A DNA stretch of 64,000 nt. Source: Antedon mediterranea (lineage: Eukaryota; Animalia; Echinodermata). This document shows positions 51,363 to 64,000 of the stretch, one piece after another (positions within the stretch are counted from its first letter, which is position 1; each line of letters opens with the position of its first letter). Where the stretch lies: the NCBI RefSeq assembly GCF_964355755.1, contig NC_092671.1, positions 22,642,070 to 22,706,069 on the forward strand, in the 5' to 3' direction. Both the position numbers and the translations under genes were made by a program. The notes under the pieces were generated by a model that was given only the letters and a program-made list of their open reading frames with translations, made no database searches and was not told the DNA's origin.

Positions 51363-53103
51363 CTACGCTCGCGCTAACCGCTCGCCAATTCGCCAATGGC
51401 GACTGGAGTCTCCATTTGGCGAAAATAATTATTGCCTCGTTCGCCAAATTGGCGAAAATACATTTCCAAGCCTAGGCCTAGCCTGGTCGGCGTGACTTCT
51501 TATGGGAGCGAGAATTCGCCACACTTCGGTACTTTCTGACTCGGGTAAACTTTTTACCACAACAGCATTTTATGTGACGACGTCACGATCGCCGTGTTAA
51601 TTGTTTTAGTTCTGTTTAAACATGCGCAGAGCGTGCCTCGATGACGTTTTAATGACACACAGTTAATGTGATTGGTTCGTGGCCGGCCGTCGTCGACGTG
51701 ATGATGAGCGAATAAAAGGGGAAGTCCCTATTCTTCGACGTAGAAAATGAACTTCGAGAAGAAAATGTAAACAGAAACATGTGGACGAATACTTCCGTAA
51801 ACGAGGCTGTTCTGTTATTTAAAAAGGGGAATTTTAAATTTAACAAAGTAATTACCTCAATAGTATAATGTTAACATGTTTAATTTTATTTCCCTTTCGA
51901 TTATTCTAACCGAAAGTTGCGCTTTAAATTGAATAGCTAAGAAACAGCGTATACTGCAACGGCAACCATGGCCAAAGCGCGTTTCGGCCGCCTACATAGA
52001 ATGGGTTACGGCCGCTGCATAGCAAATTCAAAGCTTCTTAAATTTCTGCGGTACATTTCTTGTTTTATATAATAGATTGATAAATATTCCAATTATTAAA
52101 TAATTTAATAAATCGGTAAAATTGACGTTTCGAAATATTCCATGATGAGAGGTGACATTTTTCGACATGCCTCGTGTGCGGCGAAGACTAGTTCAGAAAA
52201 TGGAACAGTCCACTGCGGGGGTTATCCAATCATTAATTAACGCGCTAATACATGCATACCATGCACATTGCCTGGGCGACGGTAATTTAGTAATAAGCGA
52301 AGAACTGAATGGAAAATGGTAAACACTGATATTTATGGTAGGGATTATTTTTTTCAGGGGTTGGTCTTGTTGGCCTCTTCGCACGAGGTCCACGCAAAGT
52401 CAAATAAAACGATGTGTTTTATCAAACAGAAATATAAATTAGCTTCAATTAGCCAGATTTTGATAATTAGAAAGACTCAAAAATTCAATTTTTATCGTTA
52501 AAATTGACATTTGAGGCGGATGTATATAATAATAATAACCGATTTACATATCAAAATAAAGAGTATTTAAAGCCTGATAACATGCAACAAAAATTACTCC
52601 ACCACCTATTATGAACCTCGTGCGATCGGGTGCGAAAATGGGTAGGTGTTTTCCAAAGTTATTTTTAGCGCGCGGATTTCGGCTCGCCGGCTTTTGTACC
52701 TCATTTTTAACTCGCGTTTTCTATTAAAATATTTAATAAACATAGATTATAAATATATAAAAATAATCCATTAAACAAGATCTTTCCAGGCATATAATTT
52801 TTATTCGCATGGGTACATAAGAAATAGTATATTTTTAACTTCAAAGACACGTCACTTTTTGAAATTTCACGAACGTGTTAAAATCCCGGTAACAAAAATC
52901 AGGTTCATTGGGTAACCTAATAATAATATAAATGTAAAAGAAATAAAATATAAAAAAAATACATGCATTATTTATTTAATAAACATTTTTTTCAAATTTT
53001 TATGGTTTTTTAAATTTGGCTAAAGGATTTTCAATTTGGCTAATGTATTTCAAAACCTTTCGCCATTTTGGCGAACGAAAATTTGACCTTAGCGCGAGCG
53101 TAG
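51363..53103. mobile_element. Non-autonomous TIR element (hAT-like)
   Basis: CTACGCTCGCGCTAA ... TTAGCGCGAGCGTAG with TGAAG duplicated; subterminal TCGCCA/TGGCGA repeats at both ends. Confidence 0.8.
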
Positions 53104-56100
53104 TGAAGGTAGCAATTTCGGAAGGAAATTATTTCAGCAACAACATATTAACGTGTAGAAGAAATTTGAATACGTGAAATATTGATGCGCGCTCTTTTAA
53201 ATGTAATGGATTATGACGCAAACGATGAAAATACGACTTTTTTTATTTAACTGGCCATATGATGACGTCAAAACATCCGATTGGCAAAATGTTCACATGA
53301 TTTCCTATCTACAATCCATTAGCTTCCAGAAAACGTTTTAATCGTGATTATCACATTTCATTCTTACGAGCTATATCAGATTAAAATTTACTGTAAAGAT
53401 GAAATTAAAGACCCACGTAATTTAAATTTTTAGGCATGATAATGACATAACAATTAAAATACAGTAGTTTTAACTCGTGTAAAAGATAGTTGATTAACCT
53501 AGAAAATATCAAAATCGGGGTGAAAATGGAAAACGAATAAGTCGAGATGCGCTCTATTAAATGTGATGAGCTATGACGAAAGATACAAAAATCCTAAATT
53601 TTATATTCGCGTGGCCATACGATGATTTCACAATATACGGTTAGCCAAATGTATACATGATTCGATATCTACAACTTATCAACTTCCAGAATATGTCATT
53701 CACAAAAAGTTGATCGTGTAGTTTAGAAATTACAACTGTTTAAAAAAAGGCATAATTTTGACGAATTTGTGAACTTTTTCATCAAAAACGCGCACAAATT
53801 GTCCAATTCGACGTGCTCGTATGATGTAACTTTAAGTCGAAATTGTTTTAAAAGTTTGTAAAATTACTAGAAAAGGCTGGAAAAACATAAATCACGCGAC
53901 AAAAATATGTTTTTAATGCTACGTGCGCACCGCACACGTAAAAAGTTGCGCGCACGTGGGAATTTTTGACATGCTTAAAATGACATGAAACGCGTAGAAA
54001 GTTGATTAGAAATTGATTTTTCGCATCCTTAAATTTTAAACGCGCATGCGCGCGTAACTTCGTGTAAAGCATGCAATTTTTTTTGCACAAAAACATAGCG
54101 CATTAAGATATAAATTAAACTTTTGATAAGTTTCAAATTAAAATGTTATATGGTTTTCGATCTATATCAAATACGCGAAATTCATAAAATCGCGCGTAAG
54201 TCACGTTGCGTAATTCTGACTTCATTCAAAAATAGGAGGTGCACAAGTTCACGTAAATGCCCACATGTTGACAAAGTTATAAAATGTTATGTTTACACGT
54301 TTTTGAGATACGCGACCCACAAAAATGACAGAAAGAAAGAAGAACTAGACATGAAACTCGTCACTTTGACGAGTTAGCTATCCGCTCGACAAACGCCACA
54401 TGCACGTCATACGTTGGTGGAATGTTGCACACAGAAAAAGATTATGGCATTATGACCTGAACTGAAGAATATGATATGTTGTTAGTGCTAAATTCTGTCT
54501 ATTTTGTGTCATGTAGTATATACATTTTAAAGTACACAGTATAATCTGTATACACGTAATTTAAATGTTTAGGCATGATGATGTCATAAAAAATAAATAT
54601 TTTTAACTCATGCATAAGATAGTTGATTGACCTAGACAATATTAAAATCTCGGAGAAAAAGGAATACAGATAACCGTGATGCGCTCCATTTAATGTGATG
54701 AGCAATAACGAAAGAGACAAAAATCCTATATTTTACATTCGTGTGGCCATACGATGACGTCGCAATGTCCGGTTAACCATATTGATTAATGATCCGATAT
54801 CTACAACTCATCACCTTCCAGAATATGTAAGTAAAAAAAAAGTTTACCTCGTAGTTTAGAATCTATGATTGTTTAAAAAAAGGCATAATTTTGACAAATT
54901 TTTGAATTGTTTCATTAAAAACACGAACAAATTGTACAATTCGACGTGCTCGTATGACGTAATTTTAAGTCTAAATTGTTTTAAAATTTGATAAAATTAC
55001 TATAAAAGGCTGAAAAAACATAATTCACGCAAAAAATATGTTTTTAGCGCTACGTGCGGACCACGTCAATGTCATGATCAGCGTAGAAAGTTGATTAGAA
55101 ATTAATTTTACGCATTTTAAATTTTAAATGCGCGTGCACGCGTAACTTCGTGTAAAACATGCCATTTTTAGTGCACAAAAAGTTAGCGCAAGATATAAAT
55201 TAAACTTTTGCTAAGTTTCAATTTAAATTGTTATATGGTTTTCAATCTATGTTAAATACGCGAAATTCATAAAATTGCGCGTAAGTCACGTTGCGCATTT
55301 CTGAGGTCATTCACAATAGGAGGTGCACAACTTCACGTGAATGCCCATATGTTGACAAAGTTATGAAATGTTATGTTTACACGTTTTTGAGATACGCGAG
55401 ACACAAAAATAGAAAAATGCGCGTGCAACGTCTTGTAAAACATGCCATTTTTAATCCACAAAAAGTTTGCCCTAGATATGACTTAAATTTTTACAAAGTG
55501 TCAAAAAACAATTATGCTTGGTTTTTAATCTATGATCAATCATTAAAAATCATAAAATTGCGCGTAAGTCACGTTGCGCAACTCTGACGTCATTCAAAAA
55601 TAGGAGGTGCACAACTTCACGTAAATGTCCATATGATGACAAAGTTATGAAATGTTATGTGTACAAGTTTTTGAGATACGCGAGACACAAAAATGGAGGA
55701 GAAAGAAAGAAGAATAATACTAGACATGAAACTCGTCACTTTGACGAGTTAGTTATCCGCTCGACAAACGCCACGTGCACGTCATACGTTGGAATGTTGC
55801 ACACGGAAAAAGATTATGGCATTATGACCTGAACTGAAGAATATCATATGCTGTTAGTGCTGAATTCTGTCAATTTTGTGTCATATAGTATATACAGTGC
55901 AAACGGTATAATCTGTATACATGTTACATACAGTGTAGAATAGGTGACATTAGGCGACGGTATCAAAATGAAACACTAAGATAGCAATTTCGGAAGGACA
56001 TTATCTCAGCAACCATATATTAACGTGTAGAAGAAATTTGAATACGTAAAATATAGATGCGCGCCCTTTTAAATGTGATGAACTATTACGCAAAATATGA

Positions 56101-59100
56101 AAATACGCCTTTTTTTTATTCAACTGGCCATATGATGACGTCACAACATCCGATTGGCAAAATGTTTACATGAATTCGTATCTACAATCCCATAGCTTCC
56201 AGAAAACGTTTTAATCATGATTATCACTTTTTATTCTGATGAGCTATAACAGATTGAAATTTAAATTGAAAATTGTTTTCAACGCTACGTTCGCACCATG
56301 CGCGTAAAAAAATGCGCGCGCGTGGGAATTTTTTACATGCTTAAAATTACATGAAACGCGTAGAAAGTTGATTAGAAATTGATTTTTCGCATTTTGAAAT
56401 TTTAAACGCGCGTGCGCGCGTAACTTCGTGTAAAACATGCCATTTTTTCCCTATAGTCAGTTAGCGCAAGATATAACTTAAACTTTTTGTCAAGTTTCAT
56501 ATTAAATTGTTATATGGTTTTCGATCTATGTTAAATACGCGAAATTCGTAAAAACGCGCGTAAGTCATGTTGCGCAACTCTGACGTCATTCAAAATAGGA
56601 GGTGCACAATTTCACATAAATGCCCACATGTTGACAAAGTTATGAAATGTTATGTTTACACGTTTTTGAGTTACGCGTGACACAAAAATGACAGAAAGAA
56701 AGAAGAATACAGAAAAACTAGATTTGAACTCGTCACTTTGACGAGTTCGGGTTATCCGCGCAAAGGCAACATGCACATACTTTAAACTATATGAACTTCG
56801 ACAAATATTATGCCATCCTATGACATGAATTAAACATGTTTACAGTGCTGAATTGTACCTATTATGTAGCATACAGCATGTTATAGAATACACTGTTATA
56901 TGTTATATACAGTGTAGTATAGACGAAATTACGAGACCATCTTTTCAATCCAATTAATAACACGATGATGTCATCAAATTGACATATAAAGAAAACTATT
57001 TTAGAAGATAATTATCCAAATAATTACATTAATACAAATTTGAAGAATTTTGGGCACGTAAAAGTGACATGCGCTCTCGTTTAAACGCAATGAACTTTTA
57101 CGCAAAGGATGAAAATACGACTTTTTTTATTCAACTGGCCATATGATGACGTCACAACATCTGGTTGGCAAAATATTTACATGAATTCGTATCTACAATT
57201 CAATGACTTCCAGAAAACGTTTAAATCATGATTATCACTTTTTATTCTGACGAGATATAACAGATTAAAATTTACTGTAAAGATGAAAATAAGTGACCCA
57301 CGTTGTTTACATTTTTAGACATGATGACGTCATAAAAATTAAAATATTTTAACTCCTGCGAAAGATAGTTGATTGACGTAGACAATATTGAAATCTCGGA
57401 GGAAATGGAATACGTATAAGCGAGATGCGCTCTGTTGAATGTGATGAGCAATAACGAAAGAGACAAAAATCTTATATTTTATATTCGAGTGGCCATCCGA
57501 TGACGTCACAATGTCCGGTTAGCCATATCGATGCATGATTTGATATCTACAACTCATCTACTTCCAGAATCTGAAATTTTCAAAATTTTTACCACGGAGT
57601 TTAGAATCTATGACTTTTTAAAAAAAGGCATAATTTTCACGAATTTTTGAACTTTTTCATCAAAAACGCGCGCAAATTGTTCAATTCTACGTGCTCGTAT
57701 GACGTGATTTTAAGTCGAAATTGATTGAAAATTGGTAAATTTACTATAAAAGGCTGAAAAAACAAAAATCAAGCAAAAATAGATGTTTTTTGCGCTACGT
57801 GCGCACGCACGCGTAAAAAAAAAGCGCACCCGTGGGAATTTTTGAAATGCTCAAAATGACATGAAACGCGTAGAAAGTTGATTAGAAGTTGATTTTTCGG
57901 TTATTGAAATTTTAAACGCGCGTGCGCGCGTAACTTTCTGTGAAACATGCCATTTTTAATCCATAGAAAGTTTGCCCTTGATCTAACTTAAATTTTCACC
58001 AAGTGTTATTACAAAGTGACTTTTATTTTTTATCCTATGATCAAACATTGAAATTCATAAAATCGCGCGTAAGTCACGTTGCGCAACTCTGACGTCATTC
58101 AAAATATGGAGGTGCACAACTTCAGGTAAATGTCTATATGATGACCAAGTTATACAATCTTATGTTGACAAGGATGAGAGATATGCATGCAACAAAATTC
58201 CGGGAAAGAAAGAAGAATAAAGAAGATGAAAAAAAAAAAAAGATATTTACAATAACAAGGGTTATCCGCAACTTCAAAAGTTGCGGATAACCAAAAAGAT
58301 GATGAAACAGGACAGTTACAAGGAGTTATCCGCTGAATGCGGATAACTAAAAAACTAGATTTGAACTCGTCACTTTGACGAGTTCGGGTTATCCGCGCAA
58401 ACGCAACATGCACATACTTTAAACTATATGAACCTCGACAATTATTATGCCATCCTATGACATGAAATAAATGTGTCTACATTGCTGAATTGTACCTATT
58501 TTGTAGCATACATCATATTACAGTATTTACAGAATACACTGTATAATTATGTTATATACAGTGTAGCATAGATGAAATTACGAGACCCATCTTTTAAATC
58601 GAATTATTAACACGATGACGTTATCAAATTGACATATAAAAATAACAATTTTAGAAGATAATTATCTAATTAATTACATTAATACAAATTTGAAAAATTT
58701 TGGGCACGTAAAAGTGAGATGCGCTCTCGTTTAAACGCAATGAACTTTTACGCAAGAGATGAAAATACGACTTTTTTTATTCAACTGGCTATATGATGAC
58801 GTCACAACATCTGATTTGAAAAATGTTCAAATGAATTCGTATCTACAATCCAATAGCTTCCAGAAAACGTTTTAATTATGATTATCACTTTTTATTCTGA
58901 CAAGCTATAACAGATTGAAATTTACTGTAAAGATGAAAATAGGTGACCCACGCTATTTACATTTTTTGACACGATGACGTCATAAAAATTAAAATATTTT
59001 TAACTCATGCGAAAGATAGTTGATTGACCTAGACAGTATTAAAATATCGGAGGAAATGGAATACGTATAAGCGAGATGCGCTCTATTTAATGTGATGAGC

Positions 59101-62100
59101 AATTACGAAAGAGTAAAAAATCCTATATTTTACATTCGTGTGGCCATACGATGACGTCATAACATCTGAGAAGTAAAAATTCTGCATAAGTTCATATCTA
59201 CAATTTATCTTCTTGCATAATAAGTTAAAAAAATTGGGGGTCACCTTCGATCATGAAGAGCTATAATAGATTCAAAATAGGCATTATTTTGACAAATTTT
59301 CTAAATTTTTCAACAGAAACGCGCGCAAATGGTCTAAATCAACGTGCTCGTATGACGTAATTTTAAGTCGAAATTGTTTAAAAGTTGGTAAAATTACTAG
59401 AAAAAGGCTGAAAAAACATAAACCACGCCAAAAAATCTGTTTTTTAACGCTACGTGCGCACCGCGCGCGTAAAATATTTTGCGCGAGCGGTAATTTTTGA
59501 CATGCTCGAAATGTCATGATCACCGTAGAAAGTTGATTAGAAATTATTTTTGCGCATTTTGAAATTTTAAATGCGCGTACGCGCGTAACTTCTTGTAAAA
59601 CATGCCATTTTTAATCCATAGAAAGTTTGCCTTTGATATGACTTAAATATTCACCAAATGTCAATACAAAATGACTTTTGGTTTATAATCTATGATCAAT
59701 CATTGAAATTCATAAAATCGCGCGTCACTTACGCTGCGCGACTCTAACGTCATTAAAAATATGGAGGTGCACAACTTCACGTAAATGTCCATATGTTGAC
59801 TAAGTTATGAAATGTTATGTTTACAAGAATGACAGATATGCGTGACACAAAATTCTGGGAAAGAAAGAAGAACTAGACATGTAACTCGTCACTTTGACGA
59901 GTTAGTTATCCGCTCGACAAACGCCACGTGCACGTCATACGTTAGAATATTGCACACAGAGAAATATTAAGGCATTATGACCTGAACTGAAGAATATGAT
60001 ATGTTGTTATTTCTGAATTCTGTTATTTTGTGTCATATAGTATACACAGTACAATCTGTATACATATCACAAACAGTGTAAAATAGGTGAAATTACGGGA
60101 CCCGTATTTTATTGTAATTTTTACTATCTTGACGGTTTCAAAATGAAATGCAAAAGTAGAAATTTCAGAATGAAATTATCTCAGCAACAACATATTAACG
60201 TGTAGAAGAAATTTGAATACGTGAAATATTGATGCGCGCTCTTTTAAATGTAATGAAATATAACGCAAAAGATGAAAATACGACTTTTTGTATTTAACTG
60301 GCCATATGATGACGTCACAACATTCGATTGGCACAATTTTCACATGATTTTGTATCTACAATACAATAGCTTCCTGAAAACGTTTTAATCCTGATTATCA
60401 CATTTTATTCTTACGAGCTATAACAGATTAAAATTTACTGTAAAGATGAAATTAATGACCAACGTAATTTAAATTTTTAGGCATGATGACGATAAAAAAA
60501 TTAAAAAATGTTTAATTCATGCAAAAGATAGTTGATTGACCTAGAATATATTAAAATCGGGGTGAAAATCGACTACGAATAAGTGGAGATGCGCTCTATT
60601 AAATGTGATGAGCTATGACGAAAGAGACAAAAATCCTATATTTTATATTCGCGTGGCCATACGATGACGTCACAATGTCCGGTTAGCCATATTAATGCAT
60701 GATTCGATATCTACATCTCATCAACTTCCAGAATATGTAATTAAAAAAAAGTTCTCCATGTAGTTTAGAATCTATGACTGTTTAAAAATAGGCATAATTT
60801 TGACGAATTTTTGAACTTTTTCACCAGAAACGCGTGCAAATTATTTAATTCGACGTGCTCGTATGACGTAATTTTAAGTCGAAATTGTTTAAAGGTTGGT
60901 AACATTACTATAAAAGGCTGAAAAAACATGAATCACGCGAAAAAAATATGTTTTTAACTCTAAGTGTGCACCGCGTGCGTAAAAAGTTTCGCGCGCGTGG
61001 GAATTTTTGACATGCTCAAAATGACATGAAACGCACAGAAAGTTGATTAGAAGTTGATTTTTCGCACTCTAAAATTTTAAACGCGCGTGCGTGCGTAACT
61101 TTTTGTGAAACATGCTATTTTTAATCCATAGGAAGTTTGCGCTTGATGTGACTTAAATTTTCACAAAGTGTCAAAACAAAATTATGTTTCGTTTTTAGTC
61201 TATGATCAATCATTGAAATTCATAAAATCGCGCGTAAGTCACGTTGCGCAAGTCTGACGTCATTCAAAAATAGGAGGTGCACAAGTTCAAATAAATGTCG
61301 ATATGTTGACAAAGTTACGATATGTTCTGTTTACACGTTTTAGAGAAACGCGACGCACAAAAATGACAGAAGGAAAGAAGTACTAGACATGAAACTCGTC
61401 ACTTTGACGAGTTAGTTATCCGCTCGACAAACGCCACATGCACGTCATACGTTACAATATTGCGCACAGAAAAATATTAAGGCATTATGACCTGAACTGA
61501 AGAATATGATATGTTGTTATTTCTGAATTCTGTTATTTTGTGTCATATAGTATACACAGTACAATCTGTATACATATCACAAACAGTGTAAAATAGGTGA
61601 AATTACGGGACCCGTATTTTATTGTAATTTTTAACATCTTGACGGTTTCAAAATGAAATGCAAAAGTAGAAATTTCAGAATGAAATTATCTCAGCAACAA
61701 CATATTAACGTGTAGAAGAAATTTGAATACGTGAAATATTGATGCGCGCTCTTTTAAATGTAATGAAATATAATGCAAAAGATGAAAATACGACTTTTTT
61801 TATTTAACTGGCCATATGATGACGTCACAACATTCAATTGGCACAATTTACACATAATTTTGTATCTACAATACAATAGCTTCCTGAAAACGTTTTAATC
61901 GTGATTATCACATTTTATTCTTACGAGGTATAACAGATTAAAATTTACTGTAAAGATGAAATTAATGACCAACGTAATTTAAATTTTTAGGCATGATGAC
62001 GTTAAAAAAATTAAAAAAATTTTAATTCATGCAAAAGATAGTTGATTGACCTAGAATATATGAAAATCGGGGTGAAAATAGACAACGAATAAGTGGAGAT

Positions 62101-64000
62101 GCGCTCTATTAAATGTGATGAGCTATGACGAAAGAGACAAAAATCCTATATTTTATATTCGCGTGGCCATACGATGACGTCACAATGTCCGGTTACCCAT
62201 ATTAATGCATGATCCGATATCTAAAACTCATCAACTTCCAGAATATGTAATTAAAAAAAAGTTCTCCATGTAGTTTAGAATCTATGACTGTTTAAAAATA
62301 GGCATAATTTTGACAAATTTTTGAACTTTTTCACCAAAAACGCGTGCAAATTATGTAATTCGACGTGCTCGTATGACGTAATTTTAAGTCGAAATTGTTT
62401 AAAAGTTGGTAACATTACTAGAAAAGGCTGAAAAAACATAAATCACACGAAAAAAATATGTTTTTAACGCTACGTGGGAATTTTTGACATGCTCAAAATG
62501 ACATGAAACGCATAGAAAGTTGATTAGAAGTTGATTTTTCGCATCCTAAAATTTTAAACGCACGTACGCGCGTAACTTTTTGTGAAACATGCTATTTTTA
62601 ATCCATAGAAAGTTTGCGCTTGATATGACTTAAATTTTCACAAAGTGTCAAAACAAAATTATGTTTGGTTTTTAGTCTATGATCAATCATTGAAATTCAT
62701 AAAATCGCGCGTACGTCACGTTGCGCAACTCTGACGTCATTCAAAAATAGGAGGTGCACAAGTTCACGTAAATGTCGATGTGTTGACAAAGTTACGATAT
62801 GTTCTGTTTACACGTTTTAGAGAAACGCGACGCACAAAAATGACAGAAAGAAAGAAGTATAATACAGAAAAAAAAAAAAAATTTGATGAAACAGGACGAT
62901 TACAAGGAGTTATCCGCTACTAAGCGGATAACTAATAACAAAGAAGATAAAAAAAGAAACGTGACAATAACAAAGGTTATCCGCAACTTAAAAAGTTGCG
63001 GATAACCAAAAAAAAAAAAGATGATTTCATACAGTTACAAGGAGTTATCCGCTACTAAGCGGATAACTAATAACATAGAAAAAGAATCTGGACAATAACA
63101 AGGAGTTATCCGCTCAATGCGGATAACTATAAAGAAAAACTAGATTTGAACTCGTCACTTTGACGAGTTCGGGTTATCCGCGCAAACGCAACATGCACAT
63201 ACTTTAAACTATATGAACTTCGACAATTGTTATGCCATCCTATGACATGAATTAAGTATGTGTACAGTGTTAAATTGTACCTATTTTGTAGCATACAGCA
63301 TATTACAGTATTTACAGAATACATTGTATGTTATATACAGTGTAGCATAGACGAAATTACGAGACCCATCTTTTAAATCCAATTATTAACACGATGACGT
63401 CATCAAATTGACATATAAAGATATTTTATATTAAGATAATTATCTAAATAATTACATTAATACAAATTTGAGGAATTTTGGGCACGTAAAAGAGAGATGC
63501 GCTCTCGTTTAAACGCAAGGAACTTTTACGCAAGAGATGAAAATATGACCTTTTGAATTCAACTGCCCATATAATGACGTCACAACATATGATTGGCAAA
63601 ATATTCACATGAATTTGTATCTACAATCCAATAGCTTTCAGAAAACGTTTTAATCATGATTATCACTTTTTATTCTGACGAGCTATAACAGATTGAAACT
63701 TACTGTAAAGATGAAAAAAGGTGAACCGCGTTATTTACATTTTTAGACATGATGACGTCATAAAAATTAAGATATTTTTAACTCATGCGAAAGATAGTTG
63801 ATTGACCTAGACAGTATTAAAATATAATATGAGGAAATGGAATACGTATAAGCGATATGCACTCTATTTAATGTAATGAGCAATAGCGAAACAGTCAAAA
63901 ATCCAATATTTTACATTCGTGTGGCCATACGATGACGTCATAACATCCGAGGGGTAAAGATTCTGCATGAATTCATATCTACAACATATCTGCTTACATA
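53104..64000 (-). mobile_element. Nested/tandem array of ~1-1.6-kb non-autonomous Helentron/Helitron2-like elements
   Basis: CTAG + AACTCGTCA-CTT-TGACGAGTT hairpin + GTTATCCGC ends at 54345, 55720, 56718, 58355, 59873, 61383 and 63140. Opposite-end GTTATCCGC..GCGGATAAC hairpins at 58260, 58324, 62908, 62975, 63043 and 63104. No TSDs; A|A (T|T) junctions. Confidence 0.8.

Noticed and set aside
62908-63128. CRISPR-like array of four palindromic repeats with 35-41-bp spacers
   Set aside because: Eukaryotic intron with no cas genes; the loops vary and the spacers are homologous A-rich element tails. It is explained as stacked transposon termini.
53848-63324. Recurrent similar short ORFs suggesting a gene family
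   Set aside because: Chance frames in a non-coding repeat; they are not conserved between copies and show no Rep/helicase motifs.

Overview
Eukaryotic, AT-rich, repeat-saturated DNA, probably from a marine invertebrate (the taxon is inference only). The only host coding sequence I can support is three phase-compatible minus-strand exons (46362-46561, 30107-30205, 13254-13347) of a WD40 gene resembling WDSUB1. Almost everything else is intronic transposon debris that can be un-nested by eye. It includes a 15.7-kb Sola3-type DNA transposon (TTAA target, ~700-bp TIRs) holding a Rex1/Babar-like LINE, two Academ-like elements and several MITEs, and a structurally complete but mutated DIRS1-like tyrosine-recombinase retrotransposon (38450-43875). 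There are also hAT-like elements with 6-, 8- and 5/7-bp TSDs, Tc1/mariner-type MITEs, LINE and Penelope fragments, and a dominant ~1-1.6-kb non-autonomous Helentron/Helitron2-like family. The most striking structure is that this family appears to insert repeatedly into its own subterminal A/T-rich tract. This builds a last-in-first-out nested stack (51-63 kb) whose displaced hairpin ends pile up in a CRISPR-looking array at 62908-63128, with two end subtypes that pair as nesting predicts once one tandem dimer is counted as a single insertion. Coordinates were read by eye and family names rest on recalled motifs and TIR/TSD rules; no database searches were run.
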